From Neoechinorhynchus agilis (Eukaryota; Animalia; Acanthocephala): DNA of 64,000 nucleotides. The DNA lies in assembly GCA_051530055.1 (NCBI GenBank), contig CM121342.1:6509489-6573488 (forward strand), in the 5' to 3' direction. Both the position numbers and the translations under genes were made by a program. Below are positions 23,901-36,309 of this stretch, piece by piece (within the stretch, counting starts at the first letter, position 1; every line of letters starts with the position of its first letter). The notes below the pieces were generated by a model that was given only the letters and a program-made list of their open reading frames with translations, had not been told where the DNA came from and did not search any database.

Positions 23901-25220
23901 CAATTTTTACAGAATCGATTTCTTTTCGGATTCCCGAAACGAATTCTAAGACTTTCCTCACGAGAATATAACTTTTTAGTGTTATAATTTTTTTGGGCAC
24001 CAGAAAAAACCTTAAATTTGTTGTCAATTTTTACAGAATCGATTTCTTTTCGGATTCCCGAAACGAATTCTAAGACTTTCCTCAGGAGAATATAACTTTT
24101 TGGTGTTATAATTTTTTTGGGCACCAGAAAAAACCTTAGATTTGTTGTCAATTTTTACAGAATCGATTTCTTTTCGGATTCCCGAAACGAATTCTAAGAC
24201 TTTCCTCAGGAGAATATAAATTTTTAGTGTTATAATTTTTTTGGGCACCAGAAAAAACCTTAAATTTGTTGTCAATTTTTACAGAATCGATTTCTTTTCG
24301 GATTCCCGAAACGAATTCTAAGACTTTCCTCAGGAGAAGATATTTTCATAGAAGCGAATACAAAAATGATGTTTAGATTTGTGAGAAGAAAAGCGATGGT
24401 ACTTTTTTTGATGGAAATTCTAGCTTTTTTTTCATTTCGGGAATTAGAATTGTTTTGATAAAAGAAAAAAAGGAGACGATGAGATCAAATGGGTTCATTG
24501 CAGTTGGCGACAACTTGATGAGTGGCGTTCGTCCGAAGAAAGATCCGCAAAAGTAAGCGAAAACATCATTGGAGATGATCATAAGAGCAGGAATGAGTAG
24601 CCAAATGATACCTTCTAGAAGACATCTCATGCAAAGATTGGACTGAATAACGATTAACATGAGTGAGACATGAGTAAGACTGAACAGGGACAATTGTTTC
24701 ATATAGAATCGTCGTTTTAGTTGAAGGACGAAAGTGACGAATCCAGCAGCGTAGAGAATGTGATGAACTCTTCTCATTTAACGGAGAAGATTTAATGAGA
24801 CGGCTCAGTTTTAAACGAAATCAGAGTGTGATAAGTAAGAAATGACTGCCCAAAGTCAGTTCTTGCGAGTAAAACACTGAAATGTTCAGTGAAGCTCTCA
24901 CCGAAAAAATAAACATTTGAAGCGAACAGAAAGTACCAGGAGAGAATCCGAAACAAAGGGAAATTGTTCGCTTGATAGACCGAGTGACCGATAGAGATTA
25001 TCTCATGGTAACATTTGATTTGAACGATCATTATGGCGGCAGCCAGTGCTACGGGACCTGCTTTTACACAAAATGCGAATCCAGCCATCATCGTCAATCC
25101 AAGAATCAAACGAATCTTGTAATTGCTCCAGCGGGATACTTTTGGTTGGTGGTGATTCGGTTTTTGATTGGTCGCTTTGGACCGATGACGCAGACCGGAA
25201 TTCGATTCGTCGCGTTTCAT
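20907..25220 (-). CDS. Phosphatidate cytidylyltransferase (CDP-DAG synthase); exons 25220-24813, 24759-24506, 21426-20907 (393 aa)
   Basis: QIKCYHEII, YHTLISF|ILYAAGF, NDVFAYFCGSFFGRTPLIKLSP|KKTWEGFIGG and [31 protein letters not shown]. CDS1 versus CDS2 cannot be resolved. Exon sum 1182 nt is in frame. Confidence 0.93.
21427..24505 (-). other. Non-canonical intron AA...TT (or AC...TT, shifted 1 nt), 3079 nt, with paired ends
   Basis: TCG CC|AACTGCAATGAACCC...GGATTCATTGCTT|T AAA AAG ACA TGG is required for SPKKTWEG. GCAATGAACCC pairs with GGATTCATTGC at 10 of 11 positions. Confidence 0.8.
21810..24340. repeat. Tandem array, ~124-bp unit, ~20 copies, inside CDS intron 2
   Basis: CCCGAAACGAATTCTAAGACTTTCCTC...GGGCACCAGAAAAAACCTTAG repeats; ORF starts are spaced 124 nt apart. 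Confidence 0.97.
24760..24812 (-). other. Non-canonical intron AA...AC (53 nt) with hairpin
   Basis: TCG TTT|AAAAC TGAGC CG TCTCATT...AATGAGA AGA GTTCA TCAC|ATT CTC TAC. Gives ISF-ILY, matching YHRFISFTLY of vertebrate CDS with no extra residues. Confidence 0.68.
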
Positions 25221-25689
25221 TCCTCTGAAATATTAATTCTTCGATCAAAAGTAACAAAAAAAAACACGAACGGAAAATCGAAACTTGCCCGTCTTTTGTT
25301 CGGGAATTAAAATCTGACGATAAAGAGGGAGAAAACATGAGACAATTTTTTTTTCAAAATGACCGTCCAAATGATTCACCCGTTTTCCGATGACATTTAA
25401 TTGGGAAATACGGAAGAAATGCATTCGTTCAATTGACTGAAATTTGATTGGCTACTTACAAATTTTATTATCTCTTTTTTCGACATTCTGATTGGTTAGA
25501 AATTTAAAATTAGTTGAAATCTTGCTCATTTATTTGCTAACAAAATAAAGATTTATGGCGCGTAGTCGATGTGAGTCGAGGCTCTTGAAAGGACGATTTC
25601 TTCTGCTTTTGTACTTTCTTGAAGAATTTTTGTAATGGTCAATGGAAATAAGATTTGAACTTATCCTCCCAAGAGCTGAAGACCTTCTG

Positions 25690-28352
25690 TAAGAAATTTT
25701 TGATCAGATTTTTTCATTATGACAAATGGAAGATCTACGCTTTAAAAAAAACAATATTTTAAATCCATTTTAGAAATTTTTGGTCAGATTTTTTCATTTT
25801 GACAAGTGGAAGATCCACGCTTTAAAAAAAACAATATTTTAAATCCATTTTAGAAATTTTTGATCAGATTTTTTCATTATGACAAGTGGAAGATCTACGT
25901 TAAAAAACCAATATTTTAAATCCATTTAAGAAATTTTTGATCAGATTTTTTCATTATGACAATGGAAGATCACGCTTAAAAAACAATATTTAAATCGATC
26001 AATTTTTTATTTGACAAGTGGAAGATCCACATTTAAAAAACAATATTTTAAATCCATTTAAGAAATTTTTGATCAGATTTTTTCATTTTGACAAGTGGAA
26101 GATCCACATTTAAAAAAACAATATTTTAAATCCATTTTAGAAATTTTTGATCAGATTTTTTCATTTTGACAAGTGGAAGATCCACATTTAAAAACAATAT
26201 TTTAAATCCATTTAAGAAATTTTTGATCAGATTTTTTCATTTTGACAAGTGGAAGATCCACATTAAAAAAACAATATTTTAAATCCATTTAAGAAATTTT
26301 TGATCAGATTTTTTCATTATGACAAATGGAAGATCCACATTTAAAACAATATTTTAAATCCATTTAAGAAATTTTTGATCAGATTTTTTCATTTTGACAA
26401 GTGGAAGATCCACATTTAAAAAAACAATATTTTAAATCCATTTAAGAAATTTTTGATCAGATTTTTTCATTTTGACAAGTGGAAGATCCACATTTAAAAA
26501 CAATATTTTAAATCCATTTTAGAAATTTTTGATCAGATTTTTTCATTATGACAAGTGGAAGATCCACATTTAAAAACAATATTTTAAATCCATTTAGAAA
26601 TTTTGATCAGATTTTTCATTTTGACAAGTGGAAGATCCACATTTAAAAACAATATTTTAAATCCATTTAGAAATTTTTGATCAGATTTTTTCATTTTGAC
26701 AAGTGGAAGATCCACTTAAAAAACAATATTTTAAATCCATTTAAGAAATTTTTGATCAGATTTTTTCATTTTGACAAGTGGAAGATCCACATTTAAAAAC
26801 AATATTTTAAATCCATTTTAGAAATTTTTGATCAGATTTTTTCATTATGACAAGTGGAAGATCCACATTTAAAAACAATATTTTAAATCCATTTAAGAAA
26901 TTTTTGATCAGATTTTTTCATTATGACAAGTGGAAGATCCACATTTAAAAACAATATTTTAAATCCATTTAAGAAATTTTTGATCAGATTTTTTCATTAT
27001 GACAAATGGAAGATCCACATTAAAAAACAATATTTTAAATCCATTTAAGAAATTTTTGATCAGATTTTTTCATTTTGACAAGTGGAAGATCCACATTTAA
27101 AAACAATATTTTAAATCCATTTTAGAAATTTTTGATCAGATTTTTTCATTTTGACAAGTGGAAGATCCACGTTTAAAAAACAATATTTTAAATCATTTAG
27201 AAATTTTTGATCAATTTTTTCATTATGACAATGGAAGATCCACATTAAAACAATATTTTAAATCCATTTAGAAATTTTTGATCAGATTTTTTCATTTTGA
27301 CAAGTGGAAGATCCACTTTAAAAAAACAATATTTTAAATCCATTTTAGAAATTTTTGATCAGATTTTTTCATTATGACAAATGGAAGATCCACATTTAAA
27401 AAAACAATATTTTAAATCCATTTTAGAAATTTTTGATCAGATTTTTTCATTTTGACAAGTGGAAGATCCACATTAAAAAAACAATATTTTAAATCCATTT
27501 TAGAAATTTTTGATCAGATTTTTTCATTATGACAAATGGAAGATCCACATTTAAAAAAACAATATTTTAAATCCATTTTAGAAATTTTTGATCAGATTTT
27601 TTCATTATGACAAGTGGAAGATCCACTTTAAAAAAACAATATTTTAAATCCATTTAAGAAATTTTTGATCAGATTTTTTCATTATGACAAATGGAAGATC
27701 CACATTTAAAAACAATATTTTAAATCCATTTAGAAATTTTTGATCAGATTTTTTCATTATGACAAGTGGAAGATCCACGTTTAAAAAAACAATATTTTAA
27801 ATCCATTTTAGAAATTTTTGATCAGATTTTTTCATTATGACAAGTGGAAGATCCACGCTTTAAAAAAACAATATTTTAAATCCATTTTAGAAATTTTTGA
27901 TCAGATTTTTTCATTTTGACAAGTGGAAGATCCACGTTTAAAAAAACAATATTTTAAATCCATTTAGAAATTTTTGATCAGATTTTTTCATTTGACAAAT
28001 GGAAGATCCACATTTAAAAAACAATATTTTAAATCCATTTGAGAAATTTTTGATCAGATTTTTTCATTTTGACAAGTGGAAGATCACGTTTAAAAAAACA
28101 ATATTTTAAATCCATTTTAGAAATTTTTGATCAGATTTTTTCATTATGACAAATGGAAGATCCACGCTTTAAAAAAACAATATTTTAAATCCATTTTAGA
28201 AATTTTTGATCAGATTTTTTCATTTTGACAAGTGGAAGATCTACGCTTTAAAAAAAACAATATTTTAAATCCATTTTAGAAATTTTTGATGAGATTTTTT
28301 CATTATGACAAGTGGAAGATCCACGCTTTAAAAAAACAATAATTTAAATCCA
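25690..28352. repeat. Tandem array, ~78-bp unit, ~34 copies
   Basis: AGAAATTTTTGATCAGATTTTTTCATT(A/T)TGACAAGTGGAAGATCCAC repeats. Confidence 0.97.
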
Positions 28353-29772
28353 TTGGATCTTAAATTAACCAATCTCTAAAAATAATAATAAGACTTTTTA
28401 TTCGGCCTACATTTCCGCAATGTTGAAAATGGCTCATTCGTCGTCATTTTCTGCCTCGTATTGCTGGCATCGAAAAGAAAAACACTGCCATTCTCCGTTT
28501 TTATTGTAAAAGTGAGTCAGAATTCCTCAATGTTTTCTCAGTAAATCCATTTTCGGAGTTGTTTTATGGAACCTTTAACTTATAAAATACAATCAAATCA
28601 CCGTCGCAGTTATTCTTTGACCGACAGCATTTCCTCACTGGATTGCGATGCTAATATTCTTGAATCCATAAAAAAAAGAATTGTTTTTCAACAAAAGTTC
28701 ATTAGTTGTAAATATCAAAAGCTTCTTCTCACGCATTTTCTAACTCTCTCGAGAACTTATTCTGTTTTGTAAATATCTAAACTATAAAATATATTTGGAA
28801 ATAGCACCAAAATTGTAAAATTAACGGTTAAAGCGACTTTTGTGGTCTACGAAAAATTCGATAAAAAATCATTGACTCCTACAAAGATAAGAAGACATTT
28901 TGAGAATTGAGTTATTGGCAATACCAATTTTTTTGTCGATATTGATTATCCGTTCAAATATGGATTTGTGAAACGTTTAGTTACTATTCCAGGAATTATG
29001 TTTCAATTGAGAAAACGCCGTTGACCGATAAATTTACCAAAATATTATCACAAAAAATGGAAATCATTTACTCGCCGAAAATCTCACAGCTAATATCAAA
29101 CTTCTTTAAATAGTTTTTTCTGTGCAGAATTTTAGAAATTTTAATCACCTTTCAGCGGTTAGCAATGCGATTCGCTCATGACTAAAAATCAAACTTACGA
29201 CATTCAAAGACAAAATCCACACCAAAAATTTATCCTTTTAATAAAAAAAATTACCGAAAATCTACAAATTTTTTTTAACAATATTAATAAATCTGATTCT
29301 TCAAAAATGTGAACGGCGAAACATCTTTAATGAAACCAAAAACGAAACAATGTTCGAAATCTGAACATGAACAAAACAATGAGCGAAAATCTGAAGATCC
29401 AAAGACGAAAACGTTTAAATGCGAACAACATTGAACCACGATGATTTTGATTGATTTTAATATAAAAAACCCATGAATTCCGAGTTAATAATAAAAAAAT
29501 TGCCGAATCACAGAAATGTGCACGTATTGACGAATTGTAAATTTTTAAAAAACATTTTCTTACAAAGCAACAAAAACCTTATTTGTGATTGAGATTTACT
29601 TTACGCCCAAAAACCTTACAAGACGCATTTTCCCATTTTCAGAAAAGATTAAAATCATCAATCCTTTTTTTGCTCAAAATAATCGACTGCTTCAACGAAA
29701 AAAAAACTAATGATTTTTTTGTGTTCTAAAAAAAATCAAGAAATGAACACTTTCAAAACAAGGCGAGCTCGT

Positions 29773-30339
29773 TCATTTGCTGCCCATTCGATTGATGAGC
29801 TTTACAGCATCATCAAGAATGTTTCTAAGTTCTTGAACTTCAATATAAAGTTGATCAATGATCATGTGAAGCCGTTCATTTTCTTCGAGTGTCTTTTCAA
29901 GAGCGATTCGTCTTTGTTCTGCCATTTGAGCCCAATATTCATGGCTCGCTTCATTGCAGGTGAGCATATCGAAAACTTCTTCTTTTGACATTTCGGACAC
30001 TCGTTTCCGTTCCCGGACGCTGACCAGAGTCTGGACCGACTTTTCCTCGGTCTCATTCACTTCATCGATGATTGGTTTGAACACTTTATCATTTTCCAAT
30101 GATGATTGTTGTTGACGAAGATGATCGCAGTTATCGACGCCGGAGAAAATCCGAGTGACACTCCGGCGAAGATGTTTGCTTCTCCATTTAGACGAAGCCG
30201 CCGTCGAATGATTCGAAGGGGCCAAGTTCTCTTTATCGAATCCACTTTTTTGAACAGCATCCAGAAGATCGACCCCAACGGAATGAGATCTACTCGAAGA
30301 AAGACGCTTGAATATATTAAAACGGCGTTGAGATGGCAT
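29773..30339 (-). CDS. GMNN: Geminin-family coiled-coil protein, copy A
   Basis: ASHEYWAQMAEQRRIALEKTLEENERLH matches the geminin coiled coil (YWKEVAEKRRKAL..AL.ENEKLH). The symbol is family-level; MCIDAS/GMNC are not excluded. Confidence 0.78.
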   Translation of the reverse strand: MPSQRRFNIFKRLSSSRSHSVGVDLLDAVQKSGFDKENLAPSNHSTAASSKWRSKHLRRSVTRIFSGVDNCDHLRQQQSSLENDKVFKPIIDEVNETEEKSVQTLVSVRERKRVSEMSKEEVFDMLTCNEASHEYWAQMAEQRRIALEKTLEENERLHMIIDQLYIEVQELRNILDDAVKLINRMGSK

Positions 30340-30928
30340 ATCTGGAAAAGGAGATGTGGAGCCGTTGCCGTTGCTCGGTTAAAGGAGGTGCGGGCGCGCG
30401 CGGTCACGTGCGGTAACGCGACCAAAACGCGTGACGTCAAACGCGATCACGCGCTGCAAATGGCCAAAACGATTTGAATCGCTGTGTCAGTTTAAAGTTC
30501 CAATTTTGAGTCGAAATTTAAATTAAAGGACGATTTAAAATTTAAAAGAGGAAGGGTTTAAAACTCTGGCAATACTGCAAGCATTCGGGCGACAATTAAG
30601 GACGACGAAACAAAAAAATTGATCGATTGTTCAAAATTGAAGTTTAAAAACGATAGGCCCGCGATTGAACACTCGTCTTACGATTCTTGCTTCACGGATT
30701 ATCAATCGATCAATTATTTCCAGAGTTTTAAACCCTTCCTCTTTCATCCATTGATTGGAAATTGCTTTTTAATCAAAGTAAAAGACTTAAAATAATCGTT
30801 TTGGCCATTTGCAGCGCGTGATCGCGTTTGACGTCACGCGTTTTGGTCGCGTTACCGCACGTGACCGCGCGCGCCCGCACCTCCTTTAACCGAGCAACGG
30901 CAACGGCTCCACATCTCCTTTTCCAGAT

Positions 30929-31495
30929 ATGCCATCTCAACGCCGTTTTAATATATTCAAGCGTCTTTCTTCGAGTAGATCTCATTCCGTTGGGGTCGAT
31001 CTTCTGGATGCTGTTCAAAAAAGTGGATTCGATAAAGAGAACTTGGCCCCTTCGAATCATTCGACGGCGGCTTCGTCTAAATGGAGAAGCAAACATCTTC
31101 GCCGGAGTGTCACTCGGATTTTCTCCGGCGTCGATAACTGCGATCATCTTCGTCAACAACAATCATCATTGGAAAATGATAAAGTGTTCAAACCAATCAT
31201 CGATGAAGTGAATGAGACCGAGGAAAAGTCGGTCCAGACTCTGGTCAGCGTCCGGGAACGGAAACGAGTGTCCGAAATGTCAAAAGAAGAAGTTTTCGAT
31301 ATGCTCACCTGCAATGAAGCGAGCCATGAATATTGGGCTCAAATGGCAGAACAAAGACGAATCGCTCTTGAAAAGACACTCGAAGAAAATGAACGGCTTC
31401 ACATGATCATTGATCAACTTTATATTGAAGTTCAAGAACTTAGAAACATTCTTGATGATGCTGTAAAGCTCATCAATCGAATGGGCAGCAAATGA
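30929..31495 (+). CDS. GMNN: Geminin-family coiled-coil protein, copy B (same 188-aa translation)
   Basis: Translation identical to copy A; divergent orientation. Confidence 0.78.
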   Translation: MPSQRRFNIFKRLSSSRSHSVGVDLLDAVQKSGFDKENLAPSNHSTAASSKWRSKHLRRSVTRIFSGVDNCDHLRQQQSSLENDKVFKPIIDEVNETEEKSVQTLVSVRERKRVSEMSKEEVFDMLTCNEASHEYWAQMAEQRRIALEKTLEENERLHMIIDQLYIEVQELRNILDDAVKLINRMGSK

Positions 31496-33084
31496 ACGAG
31501 CTCGCCTTGTTTTGAAAGTGTTCATTTCTTGATTTTTTTAGAACACAAAAAAATCATTAGTTTTTTTTTCGTTGAAGCAGTCGATTATTTTGAGCAAAAA
31601 ATTTTGCCGCAACTGCCGATCAAATTATTAAATTTGTGAGAATAATTAATATTTGCAAGATATTGCGAGTAATAATCGTCAAATTCGTTTTTTATCTCCA
31701 TAAATTTGAGCTTTTTAAGTTGCATCTAAAAAATAATCTGCCCAGATTTATTTCGGTATTTAAAGCGTTTTAAGATTCATTGCTCATTTTATTCTTCTGA
31801 ATTAAAAAAAATTTCCGAAATAAAATGGCAGATAATATTACAGAAGCAGCGAGTTTATAGATAACGCTGATTTTTTTATCGAATGATTTGTCCGAAAAAA
31901 TTGTTCAATTTGAAATAATATATACACAAAAGCTAAATAAACTAATTGTTCATATAAAAAATACCAGATTTTAAATTATTTGCAATACAAGAGACAAATG
32001 GCGATTTCTTAACAAAATGCTCGAAAAACCCTTTTTTTTGACGTATTCCAAATTCACGGTTTAAAAATCATCAAGTATAAAGAATAAAAAGAAAGTTCGA
32101 ATCTTTTAATTTGACACAAAGAACGAGCAATTATATTCTCGTATTTCTAAGAACTCGATTTTTAAATGCTTCAAATAAAAGTATCCGATAATAAAAATCA
32201 AGTATTATTTTGAGCGAAAGAAAATCGAATTATTTAAATATAATTTTGCGCACATTTTTATTTTTGGCGGTTTGATTTTTAATTCACATTTTTGTCTCAT
32301 TCTGTCATCAAATTTTTCTCATTTAATTGTAGACGTAGTTTGCACATTGAACGGTGGATCCTCTATTTCTCGCTTCTCGTTTTTATTGAACATTTTTAAA
32401 ATTTATTGTTATAAGATTCAAAGAATTGCCATTTAGAACCACAACGTTCCTAATGGGCACGAGTCTTTCATTAGCCGCCTCTATAATAAAAATCCATTTC
32501 ATTTTTCAGATGAACCGCGAAGAAACGATTCATTGTGGTCGATATCGATAAAATGATCGTTCGGCTAAATCAACGTCCTCGGCATTCACGAAAAAAAATC
32601 GTCCGGGCAACTTTTAAAACTCAAAAAACTCGCCATTGGATGCTTTTATTAATGTGATCAAAGAAATGAGAGATATTTTGATAGAAATACTCCATGGAAA
32701 CGTTATCCTATCAGTAATCCAAAATCCGTAAATTTTTGGTCTCATTGTGCTCATTGGAATTATTATTAATGTTGCAAAATCCGCGTATCGAATCTTATAT
32801 TTTATTCTTGCCATCATGAGGAGATTTCAATGGTTCAGTCGTATTGCACTTTTTATCATTGGGTCTAAATCGAATCTTAAAAACCAATCAACCTTCCTAA
32901 TAATATCCATAAATAAAAAAATCAAATACGATAGATCATTCGGCAGTTAATATGTATCATTTCATTCCCAAGAAGACAATACGTCTTTTTCCAAACGCTC
33001 GATCAATTCGCAATTTCAAATAACGTTATTTTTCAAGCTTTTTATTAAACTGCGTAATTGGAAATAAAATTGTTGTTTTGACAG

Positions 33085-33459
33085 TCAGCCATCTTTTGTG
33101 CTCAAATCTATAATATTTGATGTCCTTCCTTCAGGCATCGCAAAGTTCTCGGCAGCGACTAATTCTGATATCGTTCGGATGTTCGCATCTGAGCGATTTC
33201 CAACGAAGTACAGACAATTTGGAGTTGCGGTCAATTGTAGTCGAATATTTTGAAAAATCAACTGACTTATCAAAGACTCGAAACTATGCTCTCGATTGGA
33301 GGATTTGCACTTTTTGTTGCCATATTGATAATTTATTTACCTGAGACAAAACTCCATACAATTTCTGAAGTTTCTGATATGAAGGGGCTCGGACAATGTG
33401 CAAGAGAAACGTTTTGTAGGATCCGGAGGAAGCCAAAAGATAAGCCGGCAATGGAATGA
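33085..33459 (+). CDS. SLC22/MFS-like transporter, C-terminal fragment; upstream exons not resolved
   Basis: GIAKFSAATNSDIVRMFASERFPTKYRQFGVAV (E.FPT..R..G.G motif) and, in another frame, IIYLPETK. The two parts need an intron or frameshift near 33239-33282. Confidence 0.55.
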
Positions 33460-34775
33460 AGGTAATCGTGGAGAAATATTAAAAAAAAGTGACATCATTT
33501 ATATATTTTACGAATTCTGTTAACGCTTTTAAATTCAAAAAAACAAATAATGAAACAATTTTTTGAGGTTTTGAGCGAAAATTTATTGTTTTCAACAACA
33601 ACGGATTCTTATTTTAAACAAAAAAAACCTTCAAAAATCCGAGAATGAGTGCAAATCTCACTTTTAAATCTTTACTTCCATTTAAAATTTAATTTATTCG
33701 AATATCTGCTGATACCAACAATTTTCGTCTAATAATAAAATCAATCTTTTTATTCAATTTTTTTGATTCTGAAAGCAACTAGAATGCTAATATGGCACTC
33801 GCACGATAAATTTTTCCATTAAAATGATCAAGAATATTTTTTAGGTCCAGCTTCTTCATTATTATTTTCTTTCTATGTTTGTTTCTTCATTTGATCGCAC
33901 AGGAATAATTTTTTTTAATATTTAAACGAACTTTTCAAATTTAAAAAAATTTAATGCGATATAATGGCACAAAGTTTGTTTATTAGATTTTTGTCAATAA
34001 ATTCAATTTTTTACGCCATATAAATGTATAAAAATAAATGCTTTTTTTAAAGTTCGTTGAAATATTTAAAAAAAATTAAGTTTCCACTATCAAATGAAGA
34101 AAAAAATGCTTTTGGTGATTTTAATGGAAGATTTTACATCTACATTCAATTTCTTAAATTTCACTTTTGCTGTCGGTTTAAAAAAAGAAGATCGTTTTCA
34201 AACAAAAAACGCGAAGTTTCAATGTTTTATAAAACGAACGAAGATTTTTTTAAAGAAAGTCTAACTCGATTTCTTAATTAAAAATCATCATATTGATAGT
34301 CGAACCTTTAATGCAATTTCCTTCAGTATTTTAAAAACGTTCAAGTTCTCCAGAGGAAAATTGATTTTTAAGGTGCTCAAAGCGGCATTAAGAATTGCGA
34401 AAGAATGGAAAGTTGCTTATCAAATGCTCAATTCGACTCAGAATTCTCTAGTGTAATAATTCTTAGATTCAGTTTCATTTAAAAGTTTGAGTTTTGGAGT
34501 TTTTTCAAAATGAATTATATTTCCGATTGATTTTTGATCGATGGTCGAAACGGTTCAAGGCGCTAAATACTCTCCGATTAAATGGCTCATTATTTTCAAT
34601 TTAAAAAATGTCGAAGAATTTAAAGACTGGACTGCAATTCGTCTTTATTGATAAAAATCGACAAAGTCACGGTTTTATTAGACGTGTGCCCATTTCTCAT
34701 TTTCTAAATAAAAATATTGGCAATTTTTCATTACAAAATTTTTTGGACACAAAAGCGTTTCGACCAATCAAAATC

Positions 34776-35172
<397 letters not shown>

Positions 35173-35311
35173 ATTGTTATCGTTGTTGTTAGCATTATTA
35201 TTACATGCACAACAATAATGATTTCGACCAATCAAAATCATTATTGTTGTGCATGTAATTTTTTTGGACGAATCAAAATAATTCGTTTCCTTCAAATGTC
35301 CACAACTTTAG

Positions 35312-36163
35312 ATGGCGTACTCTAAGTTCATAGAAACGTTCATATGGTTCAAAGTGTACTATGTTTTGTTTATGATATTAGTTGGATTAATATGCCACCA
35401 AAGCCGAACACGGTCGTTCGTGATGTTCCACGTTAAGATGTTCTTCTACTTATTCTTCACAGCTTCTATTTCACCTTTCTTAGTGCTTTTATCACTCAGA
35501 AATATAGGCGACCCGATGAACATTGAAAGTGTAAGTCGGATTCTTCGTGTATTCTACCGTCAGTTTTTTGGATTACGAGTGAACGTAACGGGATCAGACG
35601 AAGGCCGGGATCTTCTTCTTGGTCCAAACAAGAAACCATTCATCGTTGCAGCCAATCACCAGTCGGGCATTGATTTCATTACAATGAACGAAGTGCATCC
35701 ACTGAACTGTACAGCACTTGTTAAAAAGTCATTAATGTACACGACTGGTCCTTTCGGAATCTTGGGTTATGTTTGTGGAGTTCAGTTTATTTCGAGAGGC
35801 GATTACAAGGCTGTAAAAAGCCGAATGGCGAAAATCACGAAGAATATTCGGGAAAAGGGATGGAGAATTTGGATATTTCCAGAAGGCAGCAGAAATGTCG
35901 ATGGAGGAATGATGTCGTTTAAAATTGGAGCGTTTCGATTGGCCGTTGAAGCTGACGTGCCCATCATTCCAGTTGTGATTTCTAACCTTAATGGTATATT
36001 TAATTACAATGAAAAGTATTGGGTTCCGGGTGAATTAGAAGTTCGAATTCTTGATCCTATTCAACCAAACGAATGTGGCTCAGATGCTGCGATTCTAGCG
36101 GAGGAGACCAGGAAGAGGATGATGGACGTATTTAACACTCTGAAAACGAATCCAGATCTCTAA
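35312..36163 (+). CDS. 1-acyl-sn-glycerol-3-phosphate acyltransferase (AGPAT1/2-like), intronless
   Basis: PlsC motifs ANHQSGID, FISR, IFPEGSR and VPIIPV; FKIGAFRLAVEADVP. Confidence 0.92.
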   Translation: MAYSKFIETFIWFKVYYVLFMILVGLICHQSRTRSFVMFHVKMFFYLFFTASISPFLVLLSLRNIGDPMNIESVSRILRVFYRQFFGLRVNVTGSDEGRDLLLGPNKKPFIVAANHQSGIDFITMNEVHPLNCTALVKKSLMYTTGPFGILGYVCGVQFISRGDYKAVKSRMAKITKNIREKGWRIWIFPEGSRNVDGGMMSFKIGAFRLAVEADVPIIPVVISNLNGIFNYNEKYWVPGELEVRILDPIQPNECGSDAAILAEETRKRMMDVFNTLKTNPDL

Positions 36164-36309
36164 GGTCACCACGGTAAACCTACAAAAATTATCGGCTATT
36201 TTTTTAATGTTGATGGGTGCTTTCTCTAGTCTTATGGAATTCTTTTACTGCTTTATGAATGGTATAGGAAAGAGTGATTTTAGAGGGAGAAAAATGTGTG
36301 GGGCAATGA

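Larger units (their letters stand above)
29666..31601. repeat. Large inverted repeat: ~808-bp arms (29666-30474, 30794-31601) with a 319-bp spacer
   Basis: The arms are reverse complements. The one difference I found is an A8/T7 homopolymer near 29728/31533. Confidence 0.96.

Noticed and set aside
11528-24275. Many 60-130 aa ORFs within the 135-, 141- and 124-bp arrays
   Set aside because: They are open only by repeat periodicity, are broken by homopolymer indels between copies, and mostly lie in introns.
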